Below are positions 1 through 9,249 of a DNA stretch of 34,029 nucleotides, in pieces (the stretch's first letter is position 1; every line of letters starts with the position of its first letter). The notes beneath the pieces were generated by a model, which had not been told where the DNA came from, did no database searches, and saw only the letters and a program-made list of their open reading frames with translations. The translations under genes were made by a program, and so were the position numbers. The stretch covers positions 1 to 34,029 of the forward strand of contig JBKQML010000189.1 of assembly GCA_052326545.1 (NCBI GenBank). The letters are read 5' to 3'. The stretch is from Dehalococcoidales bacterium (lineage in GTDB: Bacteria > Chloroflexota > Dehalococcoidia > Dehalococcoidales > Fen-1064).

Positions 1-1
1 G

Positions 2-1795
2 TGATGCCGGGAATAACTTTTTCATGGAACCCATAATGATGGGAGCAGTTTCTTCCATTTTGGAACAAGCCTGCAGCATATCCCGCATCTCGGTCAAGAT
101 GGTACTCTGCCGCTGCTGCTCTTCAAGTTTTTTAACCAATACAGTAAGTTGTTCATTAGTCCGTTTTGTTTCTTCTTGAAGTCTTTTAATTTCGGTAATA
201 TCCCTGGTCATCCCGATGAAATAGAGGAATTCACCATTTGCGTCATGCAATGTATTCCCCGTGCCATTGTGCCAGCGCCATTCACCGGAAATATGACGGA
301 CGCGGTATTCAGTGCCGCCGGGAGTCTGGTGTCCATCCAAAATATTCCGTTGTATTGCTTCCTGAATTAATTTGACATCATCAGCATGAACAACTGACTG
401 GAAAAAATGGCCTATCAGGTCGTTAGCATTATAGCCAAGCATGTTTTTAACTGAAGCTGATATAAAAGTGAATTCTCCGGCAGCGTTAAGAGTGAAGATA
501 ATATCACTACTGTTCTCCACAATCAGGCGGTATTTCTCTTCGCTTTCATGAAGCGCTGCTTCCGCCTGTTTCAGCTCGGTAATATCCTGGTAATAAATTT
601 GTAATTCCTGCTTGCCATTCCAGAGCACATCGTGGAGTAAAACCAGTAAATGCCGGATTTTGCCGTCTTTGCGTACAATATCAATTTCAACTTTATCCGG
701 GATTGCTTCACCCCGTATCCGTTTCTCTCTGCGTAAGTCAAAATCCTTAAATCCCTCCGGAGTGAAATGGTCTTGCGGAGGGCTTGATTTTACTTCATCT
801 AAATTAGCATAGCCAAAGATATCCAATAAGGCTTTATTCGCATATAAAGTCTGTCCTTGTACATCGATAATACGAATGCCAAACAAAGAACTATCCAGCG
901 AATTACGGAGGTTCTTTTCCGATAGTCTAAGGGCATCTTCTGCCTGCTGCCGCGCGGTAATGTCCTGGTAAATAAGCTGCCGCTGCTTATTACCATCCCA
1001 GATAACTTCGTTGGCATAAACTACGATATGCAGAACGGTACCATCTTTACCAATAATATCAACTTTCGGATTGTCCGGAATTGATTCGCCGCGCTGCTTT
1101 TGTTCCATGCGATGCTGATAACGGGCTTTCTCTTCCGGTGTATAACGGTCTTGCAAAGAAGTACGACTTACTTCATCGATATTTTTGAAACCAAACATCT
1201 CCAGAAATACCCGATTGACATATAGAGTATGCCATTCCGCATCGACAATACGAATGCCCATTAATGAACTATCCATCGAGTTACGGAAGTTTTGTTCAGA
1301 GGCTTTCAAAGCGTTTTCTGCTTGTTTACGCTCGGTGACGTCATTATAAATAAACTGATGCTGCTGCTTGCCATCCCAAAGCACACTTTTACTGAAAAGC
1401 TGCAAATGTCTGATGGCGCCATCTTTGCGGATGATATCAAATTCCAACTGGTCAGGGAGTGATTCGCCGCGTAGAAATTGCTCATGCCGCCGGAGAAAAG
1501 CAGCACGCGATTCAGGTGTGTAATGTTCCTGCGGCGGGCTGGCTCTTAATTCATCGATATTTTTGTAACCAAACATATCCAATAAGGCTTGGTTGGCATA
1601 AAGGGTATAATCGGCATCACCCATGATACGAATGCCCATTAATGAACTATTCATCGAGTTACGGAAGTTTTCTTCGGATGCTTTCAGGGCAGCTTCTATC
1701 TGCTTACGCCGGGTAATTTTATTATCAGGCACAACCTGTCTTATCTCTTTAGATTTCCCTGAAGATTTTAATTTAGATCTATCCGGTGTACTCAT
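2..1795 (-). CDS. Multi-PAS sensor protein (4 PAS domains, coiled coil, start of probable GAF); 3' end off window, output domain not visible (GGDEF is a common partner)
   Basis: Manual translation: RBS AAGGAGG, ATG at 1795, MSTPDRSK..., open to the window edge. Three repeats of SE(E/Q/K)N(F/L)RNS(M/L)(N/D)SSL(M/F)GIRI...(N/Q)D(V/I)T, a fourth PAS (YRLIVENSSDIIFTL...GEWRWHNGTG...RDITE), then LTEMRDMLQACSKMEE. Missing from the ORF track because no stop lies in the window. Confidence 0.9.
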   Translation of the reverse strand, partial: MSTPDRSKLKSSGKSKEIRQVVPDNKITRRKQIEAALKASEENFRNSMNSSLMGIRIMGDADYTLYANQALLDMFGYKNIDELRASPPQEHYTPESRAAFLRRHEQFLRGESLPDQLEFDIIRKDGAIRHLQLFSKSVLWDGKQQHQFIYNDVTERKQAENALKASEQNFRNSMDSSLMGIRIVDAEWHTLYVNRVFLEMFGFKNIDEVSRTSLQDRYTPEEKARYQHRMEQKQRGESIPDNPKVDIIGKDGTVLHIVVYANEVIWDGNKQRQLIYQDITARQQAEDALRLSEKNLRNSLDSSLFGIRIIDVQGQTLYANKALLDIFGYANLDEVKSSPPQDHFTPEGFKDFDLRREKRIRGEAIPDKVEIDIVRKDGKIRHLLVLLHDVLWNGKQELQIYYQDITELKQAEAALHESEEKYRLIVENSSDIIFTLNAAGEFTFISASVKNMLGYNANDLIGHFFQSVVHADDVKLIQEAIQRNILDGHQTPGGTEYRVRHISGEWRWHNGTGNTLHDANGEFLYFIGMTRDITEIKRLQEETKRTNEQLTVLVKKLEEQQRQSTILTEMRDMLQACSKMEETAPIIMGSMKKLFPAS

Positions 1796-2595
1796 ATCTT
1801 CCTCCTTGAAAGGAGCCCGTGATCTCAATTATTCTCTCTTTCAGATGTATGTAATCAATTTTTCCCATTGTGCTAAATTGTCAGTCAAGGATATTATAGA
1901 TGATTTAGCGGTTATAAAACAGGTGGAACCATTTATTTCTGCATTCAGAAACCGCTATCATCAATGTTGATACGTGTTGATAATATCTGACTATTTTATT
2001 CAACATATATTCGCGTGAATCTATCCCTCTATCAGGCCATCCCGTGCAGTACTTTAGTAGTTGAAATCAATGTCGCGCCAGCATATCAGTCTCCTGCGTG
2101 CATTTGATAAAAGTAATTGTTTCATTCAAAAATCAGGTCTTGATTAATAATCGGGGAAAATACCGGCACAATAAGGCTTCTCCGGTGGAAATGAACCTTT
2201 GTAAAAATGCTGAAATCACCATCCAGCTTATTGAAGCTAAACCACAAGAACGATGACTGCGGTTCGCCGGAAATTTAGATTCGCTGCTGATACGCGGCTT
2301 AAGCGCTTCATCCTGCTTATTCCTCGGTAGCGCTTTCGCCTCTGAGTTGATTCCGGAATTGACTGATGGTTTCTGAGGATACATTGTGCAAATACCCTGA
2401 ATATTTGAAAACTAAAAAACGAAAGAATTATACTAAGGAAATGTTTTCTGACCGTAATCGTTTTAAACAAGACTGGTGTAAATCCACGTGATTAATAGAA
2501 ACATTCATTTGCTGTATCTGTTTCAGTAAAGCTCATGTTGTCAAAATGTTCCATATCACTGTGACAATTATTGTCGAAAAAGAGAAAGTTACCTG

Positions 2596-4023
2596 ATGAA
2601 ATTCAAAATGGATTATAAATGGGTGGCCATGTCCGTAACGAATATCGGCACATTTATGGGAACCCTTGATTCAAGCATTGTAGTGATAGGGCTCCCCACG
2701 ATCCTGCAGAATTTGCATGCGAATATGGTAGAAGGTGTCTGGATTCTCACCGGCTACAAGCTGATGGTTACCCTACTTTTAATTTTATTCGGGCGCCTGG
2801 CTGATTTATACGGTAGAGTCAAACTTTATAACCTGGGGTTTGTAATATTCACGATCGGGTCACTGCTTTGCGCTTTGTCTCAAAACGGTGAGCAGTTGAT
2901 TATTTTCCGGTTCCTGCAGGGCGCCGGCGCGGCGTTGCTCATCTCAAACAGCTCGGCCATCATTACCGATGCTTTTCCTAAAGAACAACTCGGGATGGGC
3001 CTGGGAACGAACATGATGGCAGCGAATCTCGGCGTAATATCAGGCTATACACTCAGCGGTGTGATGATTACCTTTTTTGGCTGGAGATCAATGTTTCTGA
3101 TTAATGTGCCTATCGGCATATTCGGAACACTCTGGGGTTATTTCCGTTTAAAAGAGATCGGGAATAAAAGCGTTGGTCAAAAATTAGATTTCGCCGGTTC
3201 TATCCTGTACTGTATCGGGCTGGCGACGATTCTGCTGGCTTTGACTATTGGAAATCCGGATTCAGGACGTAATATTGCTATCCTTGCCGCCGGACTGGCA
3301 TTTTTCGTCGCGGTGATATTTGTCGAGTTAAAACAAAAGTATCCGACTCTTGATATAACATTATTCAAAATAAGACAGTTTGCGACCGGGAATTTAGCCA
3401 ATTTTCTAAACTCTCTGGCATTCGCCTGCGGGCCGTTTCTCAGGTCATTATATCTTCAGCTGATACTGGGTTACAGTGCTTTAAAAACAGGCTTATTACT
3501 GATACCAATGGATGCTATAATCCTTCTATTGAGTCCGATATGCGGAAGGCTGTCGGATAGATATGGGAGCCGCGTATTAAGTTCAGTTGGCTTAGTATTT
3601 AATGCTGCAGCACTGATATGGTTTTCGACGCTTAACGAAAGATCTTCTTATACTACCGTATTAGTCAGTCTGGTGTTGTTCGGTTTTGGATTAGCCCTGT
3701 TTGCTCCTGCCAACACCAGTTCCATCATGGGTTCTGTACCGGCGGAGAAACGTGGTGTCGCCAGCGGTATCAGAAATACCATCAACCAAACTGCCGGTGT
3801 TCTGAGCGTGCCATTTTCTTTACTGTTAATGACACTGGTGATACCCTACAATCAACTTTCCCAGATAGTTAGCGGAACACAACTTAACAATTCTAATGAA
3901 GTTACTCTATTCCTGAGAGCCATTAACCACGCTTGTCTGATCCTTGGTATCGTTACATTGCTGGCGATTATTCCATTATTATGGGTGGGCCGGCAAGAAA
4001 CTAAAAAGAAAATCACCTATTAA
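2596..4023 (+). CDS. MFS transporter, DHA2 (EmrB/QacA-like, 14 TM), paralog 1
   Basis: LDSSIVVIGLPTI (motif D1), GRLADLYGRVK (motif A), RFLQGAG, WRSMFLINVPIG; many TM segments. Confidence 0.93.
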   Translation: MKFKMDYKWVAMSVTNIGTFMGTLDSSIVVIGLPTILQNLHANMVEGVWILTGYKLMVTLLLILFGRLADLYGRVKLYNLGFVIFTIGSLLCALSQNGEQLIIFRFLQGAGAALLISNSSAIITDAFPKEQLGMGLGTNMMAANLGVISGYTLSGVMITFFGWRSMFLINVPIGIFGTLWGYFRLKEIGNKSVGQKLDFAGSILYCIGLATILLALTIGNPDSGRNIAILAAGLAFFVAVIFVELKQKYPTLDITLFKIRQFATGNLANFLNSLAFACGPFLRSLYLQLILGYSALKTGLLLIPMDAIILLLSPICGRLSDRYGSRVLSSVGLVFNAAALIWFSTLNERSSYTTVLVSLVLFGFGLALFAPANTSSIMGSVPAEKRGVASGIRNTINQTAGVLSVPFSLLLMTLVIPYNQLSQIVSGTQLNNSNEVTLFLRAINHACLILGIVTLLAIIPLLWVGRQETKKKITY

Positions 4024-4468
4024 TCAGCCGCCATCAGGAAAGAGAAACGGTATTCCTATAATTATATTTTTAATTACATCATTAAAAGTTACTCTGTCAA
4101 GATAAAGGATTTCTGCATGATTAATGACCAAAAGGGGTTACAAGTCCTGCTCGTGCGGGTGCAATCTTTCCTTGTTTAGCTCCCGATTTGGATTATAGTG
4201 ACTAATTTATTACCAGATCAAATAGAGTCAAAGCCGAACCTTTAAACATTGTTGACAGCGGTTGACTTTTTTTGATATATTTCCTAACATGCTGATGCAT
4301 ACCGTATTGTAATAAAGAAGATCAAATATATTATTTATCGGAATGCAGCAAAATAAACTTCCTTCAATCTTGTGGTCGGTTTTTACCGATTCAATCTGAA
4401 ATACGGTTTTTATTTATTTACCGAATTACATAATCTAAAGAACTTGATGTAACGGGAGGTATTCTACT

Positions 4469-7177
4469 GTGGGCAAAAGAAGGGATTTGTATTATAAGTT
4501 GGCACTTCTTGCTTTATCTCTGATGTTAATCATGCCGATGTTGTCAGCCTGTAATGTCTTAAAACTAAATGGTTCTTCCGGAGGCACCACTGCGATTACA
4601 GCAACGGCTGAAACCGAGATCTATAACAATGGCAATATCGCCGGTGTTATTAACAATCCGACCGGTGGTCCGACCACCTTTACGATCACCGGCAGTTATG
4701 ATATTACGTTGATTACAGACTACCACTGGAACAATGGGCAGGGAGCGAGCGCGGGAACGATCGGACTGACAGATACTAACGGAAATGTCATCGGAACGTG
4801 GCCGGTAACCGTGAGATCCGGCGTCTACTGGGATGCAGAACCAAATACTATTATCGGGCCGGGGACTTATACTGTTGTTGATTCAGACCCATCCACCTGG
4901 GCTCAGAACAGCCAATCGAGTAATCAAGGTATTACAGATATTAAAGGGAAGTCTGTTACTTACGTTGCGAGTGCGAATACAACTAACTCTTCAACAAACA
5001 ATACAACCCAATCTACGGGTACCAAGAACACCCAGCCGCCAATGGATGTCACGGCGGATAAAGCCAGCGCCACGGTGGGCCAAAATGGCGGGGAACTTGA
5101 TTTGAAGAACGGGGCGAAACTGGTGGTCCCGGCAGGAGCGTTAAACGCTAATGCTGCTCTTCAAATAAATCAATTAAGCAATCCGGTCGATTTTGGCGCG
5201 GATACTACCGCCTATGACATTACCGGGCTCAACCAGGCAACGAGCGCGGTTACGCTTACTTTCCCGGTAACGAAGGGTCTCACCAGTGACGAGGTAAATG
5301 TCTGTACGTATGATATGACCAGTCAGCAGATAGGTGCTATTCCATACAAATATGATGCAGCCGGTAATACCGTTACGGTAACTATCGACCCCAATACAAT
5401 CAGTTCCGACTCTATCAAACCGCACACAGTTCTCCCAATTGTGGCATCAGTGTTAGAACCATTATTCAAATTGTTTAAGCCAAATTATTCAATATTGGAG
5501 AGATTAGAGATCCTTTTTACCCCCGAACAGCCTTACACTGCTCAATCCCCCCAGCATATTATTGCTACTCCCTATTACGAACAAAGCGGCGGTTCCTGCT
5601 GGGCAGCGGATACCATGATGCTGATACGAAGTTATGATACAGCGCCTGCAATCCAGAGAAATCTTGGAGATGCATTGTATGCATGTAATGATGCTGGAGT
5701 GTCGCTTGCAGATTTTGGGTTAGATGCCTATGGGTTTGAAACTAACCTTGCCAGTTATATTTCCGGACAAACCGGCGCCACAGTAACATGGCGAGGCTAT
5801 TACAATATAGACAGCCTGCAGGCGGAAATATTAAAGCAGCTGGATCTTAATCATCCTCTAATAATACATTTACCGGGTATTGGACATTATGACCTGATTA
5901 CAGGGTATAAATCTGATGGAGCCGTATTAATTATTCAGGATTCTAATGGCCTGGAGCCTAACAGTGCCGACCAGCCCAATCTAGGAGGAATGAATTTCGT
6001 TCGGACATTTGATTGGATTCGCAGTTTGGACACTGGAGTCGGCAACAATCTTTTAGTGCCTTTACAAATCCTATGGGTCGATAAGGCGGTAACCACTAAC
6101 TGTACTTTACAGACTATCGAATGCCCGGGAGCGGGAGATGCCGGCACCTACAGTTGTCCTTATGGTAATATTGATTTTTATGCGATTAATCCAAAGGTTA
6201 CGTCGAATAATAAACTTGTATATGGGTTCCTTCAGTTTGATCCCAGTCAAGTTGATGGCTACAGTTGGTATGGCACTAAAAAAACACCGATAAGTACTAT
6301 TCCCAGTAATGTCACTAATTTCGAGTTAAGCATGCCGGTCTTTAATTCGGCGACATCTGAAGTAACGGTCACCGAGAAAACATTAATCCGGTCTGAAACC
6401 ACCCAATTGGACGTCGAAACTCAGAGCGTCTCCTTACCGGAGGCAGAGGACAATACTACATCACCGGTTCAGGTTAATCAAACTATTCCCATGGATAAAA
6501 TTGTCAACCCGGCGCTGGCCGACGCGAATGGAAATGAACCGGTGAGTATCGACGTGACTTTGAATCAAGGGGGAACTGTTTTAGATCATTTTGAACTTGA
6601 AGTGAATGTTTCGGTTCTTCCTAATATTACCAGTGTTTCACCCGCTCCGATTGTACCGGGAAGCGCACTTGCAATTTATGGAAGCAACTTTGGCGCTAAG
6701 CAACTATCGAATAGCAAGGTTCTCATAACGGGCAAGACGGTAGATATCGTTAGCTGGACGTCGAGCGAAATCGATGTCGACGTCCCTGCCGATCTCGACA
6801 CGATTCAAGGTGTAACTGTCTTAGGACCGGAATCGGTGATAGTCTATACCGGGGATAAATACCAATACCATAGTACTGCGTTTGTTGTAGCCCCGGCAAC
6901 GACGGCGGCAAAGGCTTATTCAATATCGTGTACAGTTAACTGTCTTAATGGAGACTCTCAATTAGCTCAGGCAGCTGGTTGTGAAGTTTACGTGACAGGT
7001 TCCGGTAGAGCTGGCTCAACATCAACTCTTTCAGTCTCCGTCCCTTCCGGTTACGATTTCTCTGGTTTTACCGGGGAGGATGATCTTAACCTTACCACCG
7101 CAGTGAAACAGACCTTTGTCATGCCGGCCCATAATGTAAGTCTGGTGGCAAACTTCACTGCTCTCCCTCCAGATTAA
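4469..7177 (+). CDS. Large surface lipoprotein with papain/C39-like cysteine peptidase domain, IPT/TIG domain and C-terminal InlB B-repeat-like domain
   Basis: RBS GGGAGG plus GTG; lipobox LSAC; Thr/Asn-rich linker; PYYEQSGGSCWAA (Gln...Cys), GHYDLITGY (His), IIQDSN (Asp); PNITSVSP...IYGSNFG...IVSWTSSEIDVDVP (IPT/TIG); PSGYDFSGF...FVMPAHNVSLVANF (B-repeat-like). Confidence 0.8.
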   Translation: MGKRRDLYYKLALLALSLMLIMPMLSACNVLKLNGSSGGTTAITATAETEIYNNGNIAGVINNPTGGPTTFTITGSYDITLITDYHWNNGQGASAGTIGLTDTNGNVIGTWPVTVRSGVYWDAEPNTIIGPGTYTVVDSDPSTWAQNSQSSNQGITDIKGKSVTYVASANTTNSSTNNTTQSTGTKNTQPPMDVTADKASATVGQNGGELDLKNGAKLVVPAGALNANAALQINQLSNPVDFGADTTAYDITGLNQATSAVTLTFPVTKGLTSDEVNVCTYDMTSQQIGAIPYKYDAAGNTVTVTIDPNTISSDSIKPHTVLPIVASVLEPLFKLFKPNYSILERLEILFTPEQPYTAQSPQHIIATPYYEQSGGSCWAADTMMLIRSYDTAPAIQRNLGDALYACNDAGVSLADFGLDAYGFETNLASYISGQTGATVTWRGYYNIDSLQAEILKQLDLNHPLIIHLPGIGHYDLITGYKSDGAVLIIQDSNGLEPNSADQPNLGGMNFVRTFDWIRSLDTGVGNNLLVPLQILWVDKAVTTNCTLQTIECPGAGDAGTYSCPYGNIDFYAINPKVTSNNKLVYGFLQFDPSQVDGYSWYGTKKTPISTIPSNVTNFELSMPVFNSATSEVTVTEKTLIRSETTQLDVETQSVSLPEAEDNTTSPVQVNQTIPMDKIVNPALADANGNEPVSIDVTLNQGGTVLDHFELEVNVSVLPNITSVSPAPIVPGSALAIYGSNFGAKQLSNSKVLITGKTVDIVSWTSSEIDVDVPADLDTIQGVTVLGPESVIVYTGDKYQYHSTAFVVAPATTAAKAYSISCTVNCLNGDSQLAQAAGCEVYVTGSGRAGSTSTLSVSVPSGYDFSGFTGEDDLNLTTAVKQTFVMPAHNVSLVANFTALPPD

Positions 7178-7460
7178 AGTGTAATGATACATCGAAGTAA
7201 GGAGAGGGTATGGTTTATGCCAATTCGGAGATAGTATTTTGTTTCACTCAATACAAGGTCAATAGTTAATGGTTGAGGAAAAACGCTGGTATGGAGATTA
7301 TTTACCTGTAGACACGGTGGAAAGACCATTTATACCAGAGTTACAACTGGAACAACTCTCCGTATCAATATTTAACCGGGTTCCGCGGAAAATACTTGCC
7401 GGGCGAATGATAAGATGCTCACGATGATAAACTGCGGTATTTGAGCGTTTTTAGTTAGTA

Positions 7461-7498
7461 TTGACAATTATTATGTAGACAATTATTATTAATGACAA
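7461..7498 (+). promoter_or_regulatory. Probable promoter with overlapping direct repeats (GACAATTATTAT x2 plus a partial third copy)
   Basis: TTGACA at 7461; GACAATTATTAT at 7463-7474 and 7478-7489; GACAA at 7494; lies just upstream of RBS GGAGG at 7521. Confidence 0.5.
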
Positions 7499-7530
7499 CC
7501 ATCCGAAAATAATTAATTATGGAGGATATC

Positions 7531-7997
7531 ATGTTTTGTCCAAATTGTGGGAAGCAAAATCCGGATAATGCCAAATTCTGTGCTGTTTGCGGTGCCCCGA
7601 TAAATACAGCCGGTCCGCAATACACCGCCCCGCCACCACCGCCACAGTACGCACCTCCGCCTCAATATGCGCCGCCTGCCCAACAAACAATAATTAATAT
7701 GGCACCTCCACAGGCACCGCCGGTATGCCTTTCGCAACAGGCATTTCACCAAAATCGAAAACTGTCGCTGAAATATTGGCTTTCTTTTTAGGGACACTCG
7801 GCATTCACCGGTTTTATACCGGTTAAATCGGAACCGGGATAGTTATGTTGATATTAAGTATTATCGGTTATGCGACCTTTGTCTTTGTCGTTGGTTATAT
7901 TTTTCTTGCAGTAGTGGAAATCTGGGTTTTAATCGACTTCATCATGATTCTAGTGGGTAAATTTAAAGACAAAAACGGTCTATATCTCAAGAATTAA
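7531..7997 (+). pseudogene. Zinc-ribbon / Pro-rich / TM2-domain membrane protein, disrupted by a frameshift and a nonsense codon
   Basis: MFCPNCGKQNPDNAKFCAVCG zinc ribbon and PPQY repeats. After a frameshift near 7720 the other frame reads SPKSKTVAEILAFFLGTLGIHRFYTG*IGTG...IWVLIDFIMILVGKFKDKNG (TM2 family), with TAA at 7824-7826 where Lys is typical. Confidence 0.85.
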
Positions 7998-8104
7998 AAG
8001 CAGGGTAAACCGAAGGGTATTAACGCAAACCTCATAGTTTTTAGCTTTGTAAAAACATTAAACTTCCTTTGCTGGTTTTTAAAGCTAATTCGTGAGAATG
8101 GTAA

Positions 8105-8128
8105 AAAACGCCATTTACCTGGCGTTTT
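8105..8128. terminator. Inverted repeat, possible intrinsic terminator
   Basis: AAAACGCCA-tttacc-TGGCGTTTT downstream of the TM2 pseudogene. Confidence 0.45.
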
Positions 8129-8292
8129 AGCGGACTAAAGCACCAATAAGTTTAATTAAAGTCATATACCGGGGGTTAATTCCCAAACCGCGGCAATACC
8201 CGATAGATAGCTTCAGCACCGGAACTTTTACGGGAAGTTTTACCGAATGGTGCCTCATTTCCAATAAAACAATTGGAAAAGAAGGGCAGATT

Positions 8293-9036
8293 ATGAAATT
8301 AAAAGATAAGGTTGCGATAATAACCGGCGGCAGCCGCGGAATAGGACGCGGCGTAGCTGTCGCGTTCGCCAATGAAGGTGCCGCTGTCGCTATAGTGGGC
8401 AGGAACAGGACGGTCTGTGATGAAACAGCGGCTTTCATCACGCAGAGCGGGGGAACTGCAATCAGTATATCCGCAGATGTTTCCAAAGAAGCAGACGTGG
8501 CTAATATAGTTACGCAGACCATGGAAAAACTGCACCGTATCGACATTCTGGTAAACAGCGCTGCAGTGAATTTGCCGTACCGCGTAGTGACTGACGTGAC
8601 CCTTGATGATTGGAACTGGATAATTGGAGTCAACCTGACCGGTATTTTCCTCTGCTGCAAGGCAGTATTGCCGCAGATGAAAAAGCAGCATTCCGGCAAA
8701 ATAATTAACTTTTCTTCCATCGGCGGATTGTCGGGAGCGCCGGGAAGAGCTCCGTATCGGGCATCCAAAGCCGCGATTATCAACTTTACCGAATGTCTGG
8801 CGTCCGAAGTAAAGGAGTATGGGGTTGACGTTAATACCATCTGTCCCTGCGTCGTGGAAACAGATATGCTGCGGGAAACCAAACAAACGGTGGCAATACC
8901 TAATATTCCCATGCCGCCTGAAGAAATGGCTGAAGTGGCCGTGTTTCTCGCTTCCCCGCAGGGCCGGGCTATAACCGGCACCACGATCAATGCTTTTGGT
9001 CAGGGAAACCCGCTGTTTTACTTACCTAAAAAATAG
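8293..9036 (+). CDS. Classical short-chain dehydrogenase/reductase (SDR)
   Basis: TGGSRGIG nucleotide-binding motif, LVNSAA, NFSS, catalytic YRASK, VNTICP. Confidence 0.95.
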   Translation: MKLKDKVAIITGGSRGIGRGVAVAFANEGAAVAIVGRNRTVCDETAAFITQSGGTAISISADVSKEADVANIVTQTMEKLHRIDILVNSAAVNLPYRVVTDVTLDDWNWIIGVNLTGIFLCCKAVLPQMKKQHSGKIINFSSIGGLSGAPGRAPYRASKAAIINFTECLASEVKEYGVDVNTICPCVVETDMLRETKQTVAIPNIPMPPEEMAEVAVFLASPQGRAITGTTINAFGQGNPLFYLPKK

Positions 9037-9249
9037 TCAGGATAGAGCAACTATTTTGTAAACATTATAAAAAACGTACTATACTTAGAACATGTTTCCC
9101 TGTTTATTTTTACCTGAAGAAAGCCGCAGACCTGAATTTTTCATTATCAAATTCTTTTCCGCCGGGATAATCCAAATCAAACATTTTAAGCAGTACTCTT
9201 TTTCCGTCTGTTATTCCTATAAAAATATGATTTCAGGTATATCTATTTC

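Noticed and set aside
149-1970. Short ORFs at 149, 612, 799, 1306 and 1623
   Set aside because: They overlap the continuous minus-strand PAS gene (2-1795).
2133-2470. Two overlapping minus-strand ORFs in the intergenic region
   Set aside because: No RBS or recognisable domain; probably spurious.
7200-7430. RBS-like AAGGAGAGG and short reading frames after the lipoprotein gene
   Set aside because: Multiple stops and no recognisable family; a gene or IS remnant cannot be supported.
8001-8060. GGTAAACC-GAAG-GGT...ACGCAAA resembling a c-di-GMP-I riboswitch
   Set aside because: No P3 stem or closing P1 can be formed, and it lies right after a stop codon. An Infernal search would settle it.
8127-8990. 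287-aa and 195-aa antisense ORFs over the SDR
   Set aside because: Long antisense frames are a known artefact of SDR genes; no motifs, and the plus-strand SDR is complete.
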